DNA from: Gammaproteobacteria bacterium
GTDB lineage: Bacteria; Pseudomonadota; Gammaproteobacteria; Eutrophobiales; Eutrophobiaceae
Direction of reading: 5' to 3'
Assembly: GCA_965243205.1 (NCBI GenBank)
Contig: CBDEUK010000002.1
Span: 2,080,001-2,144,000, forward strand
DNA length: 64,000 nt
How positions within the stretch are numbered: the first letter of the stretch is position 1; each line of letters begins with the position of its first letter. Position numbers and translations under genes: made by a program. The notes beneath the pieces were generated by a model. It ran no database searches and was not told the origin of the DNA. It saw only the letters and a program-made list of their open reading frames with translations. Of this stretch, positions 1 to 9,726 are shown one piece after another.

Positions 1-110
1 GGAGATTGATGAATACTAGTAATCTTTTCATCTTGGATATAGATATCGGTAATTTGATCCATATTATTTTTTGGATCGATTACTCTACCGTTACTAATTT
101 TAATCTTCAT
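1..110 (-). CDS. pyrC: Dihydroorotase / PyrC' (5' part only, runs off window)
   Basis: Manual translation from ATG at 110 gives [30 protein letters not shown], the typical amidohydrolase N-terminus. Overlaps the pyrB stop; standard pyrR-pyrB-pyrC order. Not in ORF track. Confidence 0.85.
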   Translation of the reverse strand, partial: MKIKISNGRVIDPKNNMDQITDIYIQDEKITSIHQS

Positions 111-1089
111 CAGTTTGCTCTTGTTCTGAACTTGCAAGGCTACCCATTGCCATAGCCATCACAGCCATTCTAACAGCAATCCCATGACTGACTTGTTGTA
201 GTATGACTGAGTGAGAACCATCGGCGACATGTGAATCGATTTCTACTCCACGATTGATAGGTCCTGGATGCATTACAATAGCATCAGACTTTGCATAGGA
301 TAATTTTTCTTCTGTTAAACCATATAAAGAAAAATATTCATTTGCCGATGGCAATAAAGCACCGTTCATACGTTCATTTTGTAAACGCAACATCATAATA
401 ACGTCTACGTCTTTTAAGCCTTCAGATAAGTCATAAAAAACATTAATGCCCAGTTCTTGTATATTGAGTGGAATTAAGGTTTTAGGGCCAATCACTCTTA
501 ACTCTTTAACACCTAAAGTCAGTAATGCATGAATTTCAGAACGTGCTACACGGGAATGTAAGATATCTCCAACGATTGCGACCGTTAAATCAGTAAAATC
601 TTGTTTGTGTTGTTTGATCGTAAACATGTCCAACATGGCTTGTGTTGGATGAGCATGACGACCATCACCTGCATTAATAACACTGATATGTGGAGCGACT
701 TGTTTAGCAATATAATTTGCCGCTCCGCTATTAGAATGTCTAACCACGAACATATCACTGTGCATTGCTTCTAAGGTACGTAAGGTATCGGTTAAAGCTT
801 CGCCTTTTTTGGTCGCTGAAGTTGCGATATTTAAATTTAAAACATCTGCTGATAGCCGTTTGGCAGCAAGCTCGAATGTAGTACGGGTTCTGGTGCTTGG
901 TTCGAAAAATAAATTAACAATGGTCTTTCCACGTAAAAGTGGTACTTTTTTCACCGCTCTATCACCCACGCTAGAAAACGTTTCTGCGTGAGATAAAATT
1001 TCTAATAATAAATTTCTGGAAAGACCTTCAGTGGTGAGGAAATGTTTTAAACGGCCGTTTTGATTAAGTTGAATATTCGCGTCACTCAT
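100..1089 (-). CDS. pyrB: Aspartate carbamoyltransferase catalytic subunit
   Basis: [13 protein letters not shown] and MHPGP motifs. Confidence 0.98.
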   Translation of the reverse strand: MSDANIQLNQNGRLKHFLTTEGLSRNLLLEILSHAETFSSVGDRAVKKVPLLRGKTIVNLFFEPSTRTRTTFELAAKRLSADVLNLNIATSATKKGEALTDTLRTLEAMHSDMFVVRHSNSGAANYIAKQVAPHISVINAGDGRHAHPTQAMLDMFTIKQHKQDFTDLTVAIVGDILHSRVARSEIHALLTLGVKELRVIGPKTLIPLNIQELGINVFYDLSEGLKDVDVIMMLRLQNERMNGALLPSANEYFSLYGLTEEKLSYAKSDAIVMHPGPINRGVEIDSHVADGSHSVILQQVSHGIAVRMAVMAMAMGSLASSEQEQTDED

Positions 1090-1592
1090 TCAGATTTATA
1101 AACCAATGTCAGTGGCTCAGGCCCGGTGAGTTTAACATGTTCATTATCATTAAGCTCAAGGCTTTTTCCAATAATATCGGCTTGAATGGGTAATTCCCGA
1201 CCGGTTCTATCAATTAGGACGACAAGGCTAATACTTCGCGGCCGCCCATAATCAAAAATTTCATTCATCGCGGCACGGATAGTTCTACCGGTATAAAGGA
1301 CGTCATCAATTAATAAAATATCTTTGTCTTCGATTGACGTAGGTAGGTTGGATGGATTAACCGTTGGGTGCATGCCGATTTGGCTAAAATCATCACGATA
1401 AAAAGCGATATTAAGTTCACCAATTTCAACATCATCATCGAGGCGCTTTTTTAATTCATTGGCTATCCATGCTCCACCAGTATGGATACCAATGATCACA
1501 TAATCGTCTAGTTCAAATTCGTCAATGTAATCCTCGATGTCATTTGCCATATCATCAAGGGTTGCGTCCAAGTCAAATTCAAAATCATTCAT
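1086..1592 (-). CDS. pyrR: PyrR / uracil phosphoribosyltransferase
   Basis: [16 protein letters not shown] (PRPP loop), RELPIQAD. Confidence 0.95.
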   Translation of the reverse strand: MNDFEFDLDATLDDMANDIEDYIDEFELDDYVIIGIHTGGAWIANELKKRLDDDVEIGELNIAFYRDDFSQIGMHPTVNPSNLPTSIEDKDILLIDDVLYTGRTIRAAMNEIFDYGRPRSISLVVLIDRTGRELPIQADIIGKSLELNDNEHVKLTGPEPLTLVYKSE

Positions 1593-1651
1593 GTAACTAA
1601 TATCAACTGATTGAATTAAGTTTATTCTAGCATGATTAGATGAAAGATGAT

Positions 1652-2056
1652 TTACTGTTTTTTGACATAATCATTTAACCAAGATTGCAAAATAATTTGT
1701 GCTGCTATGTCGTCGATTTGTTTGTTGGTTCCAACTAAGTTTTGTGCCTCACGACTAGACAGACGTTCGTCTGCTTCATGTACTTCTAATTTGAATCGGC
1801 CATGTAGTTGTCTGGAGAATTTTTTAGCAGCAAGCGTCATAGGTTGTTCTTGATCATACATATTATAAGGTATACCAACGACCAGTGCGCTAGGTTGCCA
1901 TTCAGATATGAGTTTTTTGATCCCTTCCCAATCAGGTTTTTTATTCGGAGATTTGAGAATACATAAACCAGTCGCAGTCGACGTTAATGTCTGACCTACC
2001 GCTACACCAATCTTCCATTCACCAAAATCAAAACCTAAAAAAGTTTCTTCTGTCAT
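1652..2056 (-). CDS. ruvX: YqgF/RuvX pre-16S rRNA nuclease
   Basis: LGFDFG..IGVAVG, VVGIP, DERLSS, DDIAA. Confidence 0.95.
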   Translation of the reverse strand: MTEETFLGFDFGEWKIGVAVGQTLTSTATGLCILKSPNKKPDWEGIKKLISEWQPSALVVGIPYNMYDQEQPMTLAAKKFSRQLHGRFKLEVHEADERLSSREAQNLVGTNKQIDDIAAQIILQSWLNDYVKKQ

Positions 2057-2613
2057 GCGTGGCCAATGTCAGTACTAATGTGATCAATATTGACGCCGAG
2101 ATGAGATGCTGCGGATTGCCAACGATGTTCAATTTTGGTGTTAAATATAATGTCTGAGTTGGCTGGGCCATTTAACCAAGCGTTTTGTAACAGTTCATTT
2201 TCTAATTGACCGGGCGACCAGCCAGCATAACCTAGCGCAATGAAATAATTCTCAGGGCCTTGTTCTATTGCAATTGCTTCGAGTACGTCTTTAGAAGTTG
2301 TTAAAGAAATTTTATCATTTATGGCTAAGGTTGAATCCCAGTTACTTCCATGTTCATGTAGTATGAAGCCACGATCAATTTGTACAGGCCCGCCATTAAA
2401 TACAGTTGTTTTACTGATATCAGGATTAGTAATTTCTAAATCCATTTGTTTGAAGATTTCTCCCAGGTTCATGTCTGTTGGTCTATTAATCGTAATACCC
2501 ATAGTGCCTTCTTCACTATGAGAACAAATGTAAGTAACAGTGCGATTAAAATTCGGATCGCTCAAGCTAGGCATGGCAATGAGAAATTGGTCAGTGAGAT
2601 TGGTTGTCTCCAT
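2053..2613 (-). CDS. yqgE: YqgE/AlgH family protein
   Basis: FLIAMP, GGPV, GYAGWSPGQLE, C-terminal GHA. Confidence 0.95.
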   Translation of the reverse strand: METTNLTDQFLIAMPSLSDPNFNRTVTYICSHSEEGTMGITINRPTDMNLGEIFKQMDLEITNPDISKTTVFNGGPVQIDRGFILHEHGSNWDSTLAINDKISLTTSKDVLEAIAIEQGPENYFIALGYAGWSPGQLENELLQNAWLNGPANSDIIFNTKIEHRWQSAASHLGVNIDHISTDIGHA

Positions 2614-2652
2614 ATGTTTAGTATTCTCTGACTTTGCAAAAACTACAAGAGA

Positions 2653-3450
2653 TTAAATTAATATTCGAAAACCTATGATAAATATTGTTATAGCGAAGAT
2701 TTTTTTTAGATGATCTTTAGGTATTTTATGGGCTAATTTTGCACCGAGTGGCGCTGTTAGAATACTGGTTAAGGTGATACCAATAGCAGCGGGCAAATAA
2801 ACATAGCCCATCGTATATTCAGGTAGGCTTGGATTGTTCCAACCTATCCAAATAAGTGAAAAGGTTCCGGCAACGGCTATCGGTAGTCCACAAGCAGAGG
2901 AAGTCCCAACTGCATGACGAATATCAATACAACACCAGAGCAAGAAGGGGACAACAATGGTGCCACCGCCGATACCTAATATAGTCGATAGAAATCCAAT
3001 AATTAAACCAGTAATAACTAAGCCAAGTGTACCTGGTAATGATTTTTGAGCTTTAGGTTGTAACTGAAACCAAATTTGAATTGCGACAAGCATTTCAAAA
3101 ACGCCGAAAAATATTCTGAGATGATTATTGGAAACAGAATCTGTAACGAATGCGCCGATAATGGCCCCGAGCATTATGCCTGGTCCGAGAGTTAATACTG
3201 TATCCCACAAAACAGCATCACGTTTACTATGTGCATAACATGAGGAAATTGCTGTAAAAATAATGGTTGCTAGAGATGTTGCGACGGCAAGATGCATTGT
3301 TATTTCTGGTGCCAATTCTTGCCATGAAAAAATAAAATACAAGGCAGGCACAATGACAATGCCACCGCCGAGACCGAGTAAACCTGCAACGATCCCTGAA
3401 ATAATTCCTAGAATGCAATAATAGAAAAAATCAATAGTCATTAATTCCAT
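2653..3450 (-). CDS. TauE/SafE (TSUP) family membrane transporter
   Basis: Two GLGGG/GIGGG..VP repeats, AVATS/AVGTS, highly hydrophobic. Confidence 0.9.
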   Translation of the reverse strand: MELMTIDFFYYCILGIISGIVAGLLGLGGGIVIVPALYFIFSWQELAPEITMHLAVATSLATIIFTAISSCYAHSKRDAVLWDTVLTLGPGIMLGAIIGAFVTDSVSNNHLRIFFGVFEMLVAIQIWFQLQPKAQKSLPGTLGLVITGLIIGFLSTILGIGGGTIVVPFLLWCCIDIRHAVGTSSACGLPIAVAGTFSLIWIGWNNPSLPEYTMGYVYLPAAIGITLTSILTAPLGAKLAHKIPKDHLKKIFAITIFIIGFRILI

Positions 3451-3572
3451 TTTTTTAGTGTAACTTTTTTATTAAAGAAATATCCATATTTTAACCTGAA
3501 AATAATTGAACTAGATTAACTTTTACTTGCTTAAATACATCCAAAACCGGACAATCTGAAATATATAATATT

Positions 3573-5579
3573 GTGGTATTAAAAGAGATGTCTTATTCAT
3601 ACGGTTTATTATTAAGTCGTGTTTTTTGGTTGTGTTTCATGGCTTTTTGCTGTGGTGTGGTTGTTAAAGCTGAGATCGTAAACGACAGAGAGCTTTATCA
3701 AAAAGCAGAAAAAGCATTAAAGAAAAAACAATACAAACAATATTCCAAATATGAACAACAATTAACACAGTATCCGTTATATCCATATTTACGGTATACG
3801 TTTTTAAAAGCAAAACTAAATTCTGAAAGCAATGATAGTTTTGAAGACTATCTGAATTCATATCCTGACTTACCTATTACACCTGATTTAAGAAAACGAT
3901 GGCTAACACGATTAGCTCGACAAAAACAATGGCCGTTGTTACTCGAATATTATCAGCCACAATCTGATACGGCTTTACACTGTTTGTATTTACAAGCTAG
4001 ATTGAAACAAGATGTTTCTGACGAGTTGTTAAAGGAAATAAGCCAACAATGGTTAGTTGGAAAATCTTTACCTAATGAATGTGATCCTGTTTTTGAAATA
4101 TTATACAAAAGTCATTACATGACTGATGAATTGATATGGCAGAGAATACGTTTATCAATAGAAAATAATAATTTTCGCTTAGCGAATTATTTAGCAAAGA
4201 AACTACAATCAAACTATAAGGCTGAATTTAAAAGTTGGAAGAGCGCTCATCAAAACCCGAGCCAATGGTTACGAAGTTCACCGAACAATACATCATCTAT
4301 AGATAAAGATATTATTATTTATAGTATTAAACGTTTAACTCGAAACAATTTCGAGCAAGCTTTGAAGTTTTGGAAAGTTAAACAACAACAATATACATTT
4401 TCTCAAGAACAGTTAGGAACCTTAAGTCGATATCTGGCATTGCATGCAGTAAAAAAAGATCATAAAGCTACATTGCAGTTACTCGATGCAGTGCCAAATG
4501 GTTATATCGATAAAAAACTCTTTGTATCAAAAATTAAAATAGCACTTCGTGAACAACAATGGGATACATTATTACGTTGGCTTGATGGTGAACCACCTGA
4601 TGATGATTCTATTAAGAATGCTTGGTATTACTGGAAAGCTCGAGCGTTGCAAAAGAAAGGATATCCTTATGAAGCTGATAAAGAGTTTTCCGAAATTAAA
4701 AACGAAAGAGACTATTATGGCTTTCTTGCGGCTGATTATTTACAAACAGAATATGGCTTTAATCATGATCCAATAAAATCAACTCAGTCCATACGCAAAG
4801 ACCTATATGAATTACCTGCCTTATTAAGGATTAAAGAATTTCTTGAGTTGGATAAACGTTGGCAAGCTGTTCGTGAATGGCAATGGCTGATTAAATCAAT
4901 GGATTCAGAACAATTAGAACAAGCTGCATTACTGGCGAGTGAATTGAAATGGAATGATAGAGTTATAGTCACACTTGGTAAAGGTAAACTCTATAACGAT
5001 TTGAATTTACGTTTCCCGCTTAATTTTGAAAAACAATTACAGTGGTACAGTGATAAATATCAAATGGACTTGTCTTGGGTGTTTGCATTAGTACGATCAG
5101 AAAGTGCATTTGTCGAAACAGCACGATCGCCTGCAGGGGCTTTAGGTTTAATGCAAGTAATGCCTGCAACAGGCAGACAGACTGCAAAGAGTTTAGGATG
5201 GAAAAACTTTAAACCTAACATGTTACTAAAAGCGGATAAAAATATTCCCATTGGCAGTGCTTATCTCAAACAAATGTTAAACAGGTTTGATAATAATTTA
5301 ATTTTGGCAACTGCGGCTTATAACGCAGGGCCACATAGAGTAAAAAAATGGTTGCCTGATTCAGGATGTTTAGAGCCCGATGTTTGGATAGAGTTAATAC
5401 CGTTCACTGAAACGCGTCAATATGTAAAGCGTATATTATATTATGCGAATATCTATGATTGGCGTTTTAATCAAAAGTTAGTGCCTATAAAACAAAGAAT
5501 GTCTATGATTACAGCAATGAATAAAAATGGCATGGCATCTACTTCAAGTTGTAATGCTGAGCTTGTTAGTCTTCAATAA
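3573..5579 (+). CDS. slt: Soluble lytic murein transglycosylase (Slt70-like); start may be ATG 3588
   Basis: RSESAF (catalytic Glu), GLMQVMP, AYNAGP, ETRQYV; helical N-domain; signal-like N-terminus. Confidence 0.93.
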   Translation: MVLKEMSYSYGLLLSRVFWLCFMAFCCGVVVKAEIVNDRELYQKAEKALKKKQYKQYSKYEQQLTQYPLYPYLRYTFLKAKLNSESNDSFEDYLNSYPDLPITPDLRKRWLTRLARQKQWPLLLEYYQPQSDTALHCLYLQARLKQDVSDELLKEISQQWLVGKSLPNECDPVFEILYKSHYMTDELIWQRIRLSIENNNFRLANYLAKKLQSNYKAEFKSWKSAHQNPSQWLRSSPNNTSSIDKDIIIYSIKRLTRNNFEQALKFWKVKQQQYTFSQEQLGTLSRYLALHAVKKDHKATLQLLDAVPNGYIDKKLFVSKIKIALREQQWDTLLRWLDGEPPDDDSIKNAWYYWKARALQKKGYPYEADKEFSEIKNERDYYGFLAADYLQTEYGFNHDPIKSTQSIRKDLYELPALLRIKEFLELDKRWQAVREWQWLIKSMDSEQLEQAALLASELKWNDRVIVTLGKGKLYNDLNLRFPLNFEKQLQWYSDKYQMDLSWVFALVRSESAFVETARSPAGALGLMQVMPATGRQTAKSLGWKNFKPNMLLKADKNIPIGSAYLKQMLNRFDNNLILATAAYNAGPHRVKKWLPDSGCLEPDVWIELIPFTETRQYVKRILYYANIYDWRFNQKLVPIKQRMSMITAMNKNGMASTSSCNAELVSLQ

Positions 5580-5592
5580 CACAACATAAAAG

Positions 5593-6546
5593 ATGAATAT
5601 AAACAAGATATGCGTTTTAGGTGGTACAGGTTTTATCGGTAGTGCATTATGCAATCGTTTATCTGCATTAGGTTATTCCATTCGTGTTCTAACTCGTAAC
5701 CGCGAATCCAATAAACATCGATTAATTTTATTACCTAATGTTGAATTGATTGAGGCAAATATATTCGATGTTGAACATTTGAATGTATGTTTTCAAGGCT
5801 GTGATGCAGTTATTAACTTAGTTGGCATACTCAATGAAAAAGGTTTTAAAGGCGAAGGTTTCCATAAAGCCCATGTTGAGTTAGTAGAAAATATTGTACG
5901 TGCTTGTGAGGCACATAATGTAAAACGCGTTTTACATATGAGCGCATTAAATGCAGATTCTGTTAATGGACCAAGCTTTTATTTAAAAACGAAAAGTCTA
6001 GCTGAAGACTATTTATTTCAACAAACTAATATTGCTGTGACTTGCTATCGACCTTCAGTTATATTTGGTAAACATGATAGTTTTTTTAATCGTTTTGCAA
6101 ATTTATTAAAACCTTTACCGTATTTCTTTCCATTAGCATGTCCCTATTCACGTTTTGCACCTATTTATGTGGAAGATGTGGTTGAATTTGTCAGTCGAAC
6201 AATTTCTGATGCTAATAGTTTTCAAAAGAGCTATGAATTAGTTGGGCCAGAAGAGTTTACCTTAATAGAACTTGTTAGATACACAGCAAAATGCTTAGGC
6301 ATTAAACGAACAATTATTCCATTGAATGACTTTTTTTCACGGCTTCAAGCTAAGGTTTTTGATTTTATTCCGGGGAAACCATTTTCTACGGACAATTATT
6401 TATCTTGTAAACGCGATAGCACAAGTAATAATAATGCACTATCGATGTACTCTATTACACCAACGCCAATCACTTCTATCGTCCCGTATTATTTAGCAGA
6501 TGAATCGACTCAAACACAGTATGATCAATACCGTCGTTTTTCTTAA
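5593..6546 (+). CDS. NAD(P)-dependent SDR, NDUFA9-like family
   Basis: GGTGFIG, VINLVGILNE, SALNA, YLKTK, RPSVIFG. Confidence 0.88.
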   Translation: MNINKICVLGGTGFIGSALCNRLSALGYSIRVLTRNRESNKHRLILLPNVELIEANIFDVEHLNVCFQGCDAVINLVGILNEKGFKGEGFHKAHVELVENIVRACEAHNVKRVLHMSALNADSVNGPSFYLKTKSLAEDYLFQQTNIAVTCYRPSVIFGKHDSFFNRFANLLKPLPYFFPLACPYSRFAPIYVEDVVEFVSRTISDANSFQKSYELVGPEEFTLIELVRYTAKCLGIKRTIIPLNDFFSRLQAKVFDFIPGKPFSTDNYLSCKRDSTSNNNALSMYSITPTPITSIVPYYLADESTQTQYDQYRRFS

Positions 6547-6557
6547 GTAATTACTCT

Positions 6558-7772
6558 ATGAAAATATACAAAGTCGGTGGTGCCGTTCGTGATCAATTAT
6601 TAGGTATTGAGCACAAAGACTGTGATTGGGTGGTTGTTGGTGCGTCACCTGATGAGATGTTGGAACAAGGCTATATTGCTGTTGGCAAAGACTTTCCTGT
6701 TTTTTTGCATCCTAAAACCAAAGAGGAATATGCTTTAGCTAGAACCGAACGTAAAAACGGTGTGGGCTATAAAGGCTTTGAGTTCCACACAGGTGATGAT
6801 GTTACATTAGAAGATGATTTACTACGCCGTGATATAACCATCAATGCCATGGCTATGGATGATGATGGTAATATTATCGACCCTTACAATGGTAAAAAAG
6901 ATCTCGAAGATAAAATACTGCGTCATGTTTCGGATGCGTTTGTTGAAGATCCTTTAAGAGTTCTACGAGTAGCACGTTTTGCTGCGCGTTTTGGTTTTAA
7001 AGTCTCTCCAGAAACGAGCAAATTGATGAAACAAATTACAGAGTCTGGTGAGTTATCTAACTTAGTCTCAGAACGAATTTGGCAAGAGCTAGAAAAAGCC
7101 TTAGCTGGTAAATATCCTTCACGCTTTTTATTGGTATTGCGCTCAGTAAATGCATTAGCTGTATTATTTCCAGAAATAGAATGTTTATTTGGTGTGCCTC
7201 AACCCAAAGAACATCACCCTGAGATTGATACTGGCTTACATACGTTAATGGTACTCAATCAAGCGGCTCGGTTAACGGAAGATACAGAAGTTCGTTTTGC
7301 TGCTTTAGTACATGATTTAGGGAAAGGTGTGACTCCAGAAGAAATGTTGCCAAAGCATCATGGTCATGAAGAAGCTGGCGTGGTTTTGGTCGAATCCATT
7401 TGTGAACGATATAAAATTCCAAATCGTTATCGTGACCTAGCCGTGATGGTCTGTCGTTACCATTTAATTTGTCATCGGGTAGAAGAGCTGAAAGCAACAA
7501 CTATTGTTGAAAAATTAGAGGTAATGGATGCTTTTCGTAGACCTGAACGATTCCAACAATTTTTATTAGCCTGTACTGCAGATGCCCGTGGCCGCAGTGG
7601 CAAAGAAGATAGTGAGTATCCACAAGCTGATTTATTTTCAGAGGCTCTTAGATTAGTAAACCAAGTGGATACTAAATCGATTGCTGAACTTGGTCTGAAG
7701 GGCGAAGAGATTGCCAAAGAAATTCGTCATCAGCGTGTAAAACAGATTGAAAGCTGGAAAAAGACTTTTTGA
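6558..7772 (+). CDS. cca: Multifunctional CCA-adding enzyme with HD domain
   Basis: VGGAVRD, EDDLLRRDITINAMA, EDPLRVLR, LVHDLGK. Confidence 0.97.
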   Translation: MKIYKVGGAVRDQLLGIEHKDCDWVVVGASPDEMLEQGYIAVGKDFPVFLHPKTKEEYALARTERKNGVGYKGFEFHTGDDVTLEDDLLRRDITINAMAMDDDGNIIDPYNGKKDLEDKILRHVSDAFVEDPLRVLRVARFAARFGFKVSPETSKLMKQITESGELSNLVSERIWQELEKALAGKYPSRFLLVLRSVNALAVLFPEIECLFGVPQPKEHHPEIDTGLHTLMVLNQAARLTEDTEVRFAALVHDLGKGVTPEEMLPKHHGHEEAGVVLVESICERYKIPNRYRDLAVMVCRYHLICHRVEELKATTIVEKLEVMDAFRRPERFQQFLLACTADARGRSGKEDSEYPQADLFSEALRLVNQVDTKSIAELGLKGEEIAKEIRHQRVKQIESWKKTF

Positions 7773-7976
7773 GCTCGAATTGGCAAAAAATGATAGCCAG
7801 TTCACACTTTGAAAAATCTATTAGTTAGCAAATTACATTAAGATTAATATTTAACCAGTTGATTAAAAAAGATTATTAGTGTTTATAGTCTTTTAGGTGA
7901 GTCAAAAACACACAATATGTGCCATAAGTATTTGTTAAATAAGAGAGATTTCTAAGCTGAAAACACTAAAGACTGC

Positions 7977-8005
7977 TTGACCCTATAGAGCCAAATACCT
8001 ATAGT
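7977..8005 (+). promoter_or_regulatory. Sigma70 promoter of the dcw operon (Pmra)
   Basis: TTGACC (7977-7982), 17-bp spacer, TATAGT (8000-8005), directly before the MraZ boxes. Confidence 0.8.
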
Positions 8006-8011
8006 TCCTTA

Positions 8012-8036
8012 GTGGGGAATTGTGGGTAACTGTGGG
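8012..8036 (+). promoter_or_regulatory. MraZ operator: three GTGGG direct repeats at 10-bp period
   Basis: GTGGG at 8012, 8022 and 8032 upstream of mraZ; matches the known MraZ binding repeat. Confidence 0.9.
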
Positions 8037-8061
8037 GAAATCCACGTAGCGGAGTAGTCTT

Positions 8062-8520
8062 GTGTTTCGAGGTTTCACAACTTTAAATATCGATAGTAAA
8101 GGGCGTTTAGCGGTGCCAAGCCGTTATCGTGAACGCCTGCAAGTTCTGTCCGAAGGTGAGTTAGTACTTACAATAAATCCACTTGACCGCTCTTTATGGC
8201 TTTATCCACTGCCTGAATGGGAAATCATCGAATCTAAGCTAGCAGAGTTTTCTGATTACGATAAACAAATGCGAATGGCCAAATTAATGATGCGTGGTTA
8301 TGCATCAGATTGTCGATTGGATTCGCAAGGCCGCATTATGATCAGCTCTGAATTACGTGAATACGCCAATTTGAAAAAACAGACAGTCATTCTTGCACAA
8401 GGCAATAAGTTTGAAATTTGGAATGAAGCTGATTGGACTACGAAACGTGATAATTGGTTGAACGAGCTTGGTTCGGAAGATAGCGAACCTTCCGAAGCCT
8501 TGAAGATGGTTTCTTTGTAA
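8062..8520 (+). CDS. mraZ: Division/cell wall cluster repressor MraZ
   Basis: GTG start; two DSKGR/DSQGR AbrB-like repeats. Confidence 0.97.
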   Translation: MFRGFTTLNIDSKGRLAVPSRYRERLQVLSEGELVLTINPLDRSLWLYPLPEWEIIESKLAEFSDYDKQMRMAKLMMRGYASDCRLDSQGRIMISSELREYANLKKQTVILAQGNKFEIWNEADWTTKRDNWLNELGSEDSEPSEALKMVSL

Positions 8521-8527
8521 ATATAAC

Positions 8528-9466
8528 ATGACTTCACAAACCCACACACATATTCCCGTACTACTTAATGAGGCAATTCAAGGTTTGGCAATCAAACCTG
8601 AAGGTGTTTATTTTGATGCAACATTTGGTAGAGGTGGTCATTCAGCTGAAATATTAAAACGACTTAATCAAGAAGGACGTTTGGTTTCTATCGACCAAGA
8701 TAAAACGGCGATTGAAACAGGCCAACAAAAATTCCAAAACGATTCACGCATTACCTTCGAACACAATTCTTTTTCCCACATAAAAAGTATTGCCAAGCAA
8801 TTAGGACACTATGCACATGTAGATGGGGTCTTGCTTGACTTAGGTGTGTCGTCACCACAGTTGGATGATCCAGAAAGAGGTTTTAGTTTTATGAAAAACG
8901 GACCTCTAGATATGCGTATGAATCGTGAGCGTGGAGTCACGGCTGAAAAATGGCTCAGTTCAGCTTCTGAAAAACAGATTGCATCTATTCTGCATAATTA
9001 TGGCGAAGAAAGACATGCCAATAGAATAGCAAGAGCAATTGTCTCTGCACGTCAGCAAGTAAAGTTGAATTCAACAGGCTTATTGGCCGCGATTATAAAA
9101 AAAGTTACTCCCTCACAAGAAAAAGATAAGCACCCTGCGACACGTACCTTTCAAGCAATACGTATTCATATTAATCGTGAACTCGATGAATTAAATGAAA
9201 CATTGGAAAGGGTTGTTGAAGTATTAGCACCTGGTGGACGTCTAGTGATCATCAGTTTTCATTCATTAGAAGATCGCATTGTGAAACGGTTTATTCGTGA
9301 AGAAGTGAAAGGCGATCCATTTCCATCTGCTTTACCTATAGGTCAAGGCCAATTAGTACCACGATTAAAATTAATTGCAAAAAAAATCAAACCTTCAGAA
9401 GAAGAAGTTGATCTTAATCCGAGAGCTCGTAGTGCAATTATGCGAGTAGCGGAGAAACTGTCATGA
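8528..9466 (+). CDS. rsmH: 16S rRNA m4C1402 methyltransferase
   Basis: HIPVLL, DATFGRGGHS, DLGVSSPQLD, NPRARSA. Confidence 0.98.
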   Translation: MTSQTHTHIPVLLNEAIQGLAIKPEGVYFDATFGRGGHSAEILKRLNQEGRLVSIDQDKTAIETGQQKFQNDSRITFEHNSFSHIKSIAKQLGHYAHVDGVLLDLGVSSPQLDDPERGFSFMKNGPLDMRMNRERGVTAEKWLSSASEKQIASILHNYGEERHANRIARAIVSARQQVKLNSTGLLAAIIKKVTPSQEKDKHPATRTFQAIRIHINRELDELNETLERVVEVLAPGGRLVIISFHSLEDRIVKRFIREEVKGDPFPSALPIGQGQLVPRLKLIAKKIKPSEEEVDLNPRARSAIMRVAEKLS

Positions 9467-9726
9467 AACCTATGATTTTATTGTTGTTAATGACAGCGAT
9501 TTTTTATACGGCGATTCAATGTGTTATGTCTCAACATGAATCACGAAAATTATTTGTACAAATTCAAAAACTCGAAAAAGAACGTGACGAATTAAACGAA
9601 GAATGGGGACGTTTACAATTAGAACAAAGTACGTGGTCAACAGATGGGCGCATAGAAGAAACGGCACGTGATGTTTTGCAAATGAAAGCACCTGACTTGA
9701 ACAGCAAAGTGGTTGTAACAAGATGA
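9463..9726 (+). CDS. ftsL: Cell division protein FtsL
   Basis: TM helix plus coiled coil EWGRLQLEQST; position in dcw cluster. Confidence 0.95.
   Translation: MKPMILLLLMTAIFYTAIQCVMSQHESRKLFVQIQKLEKERDELNEEWGRLQLEQSTWSTDGRIEETARDVLQMKAPDLNSKVVVTR

Noticed and set aside
7852-7864. Perfect IHF consensus upstream of mraZ (another at 1601-1613)
   Set aside because: Degenerate AT-rich motif expected by chance in this genome; no independent support
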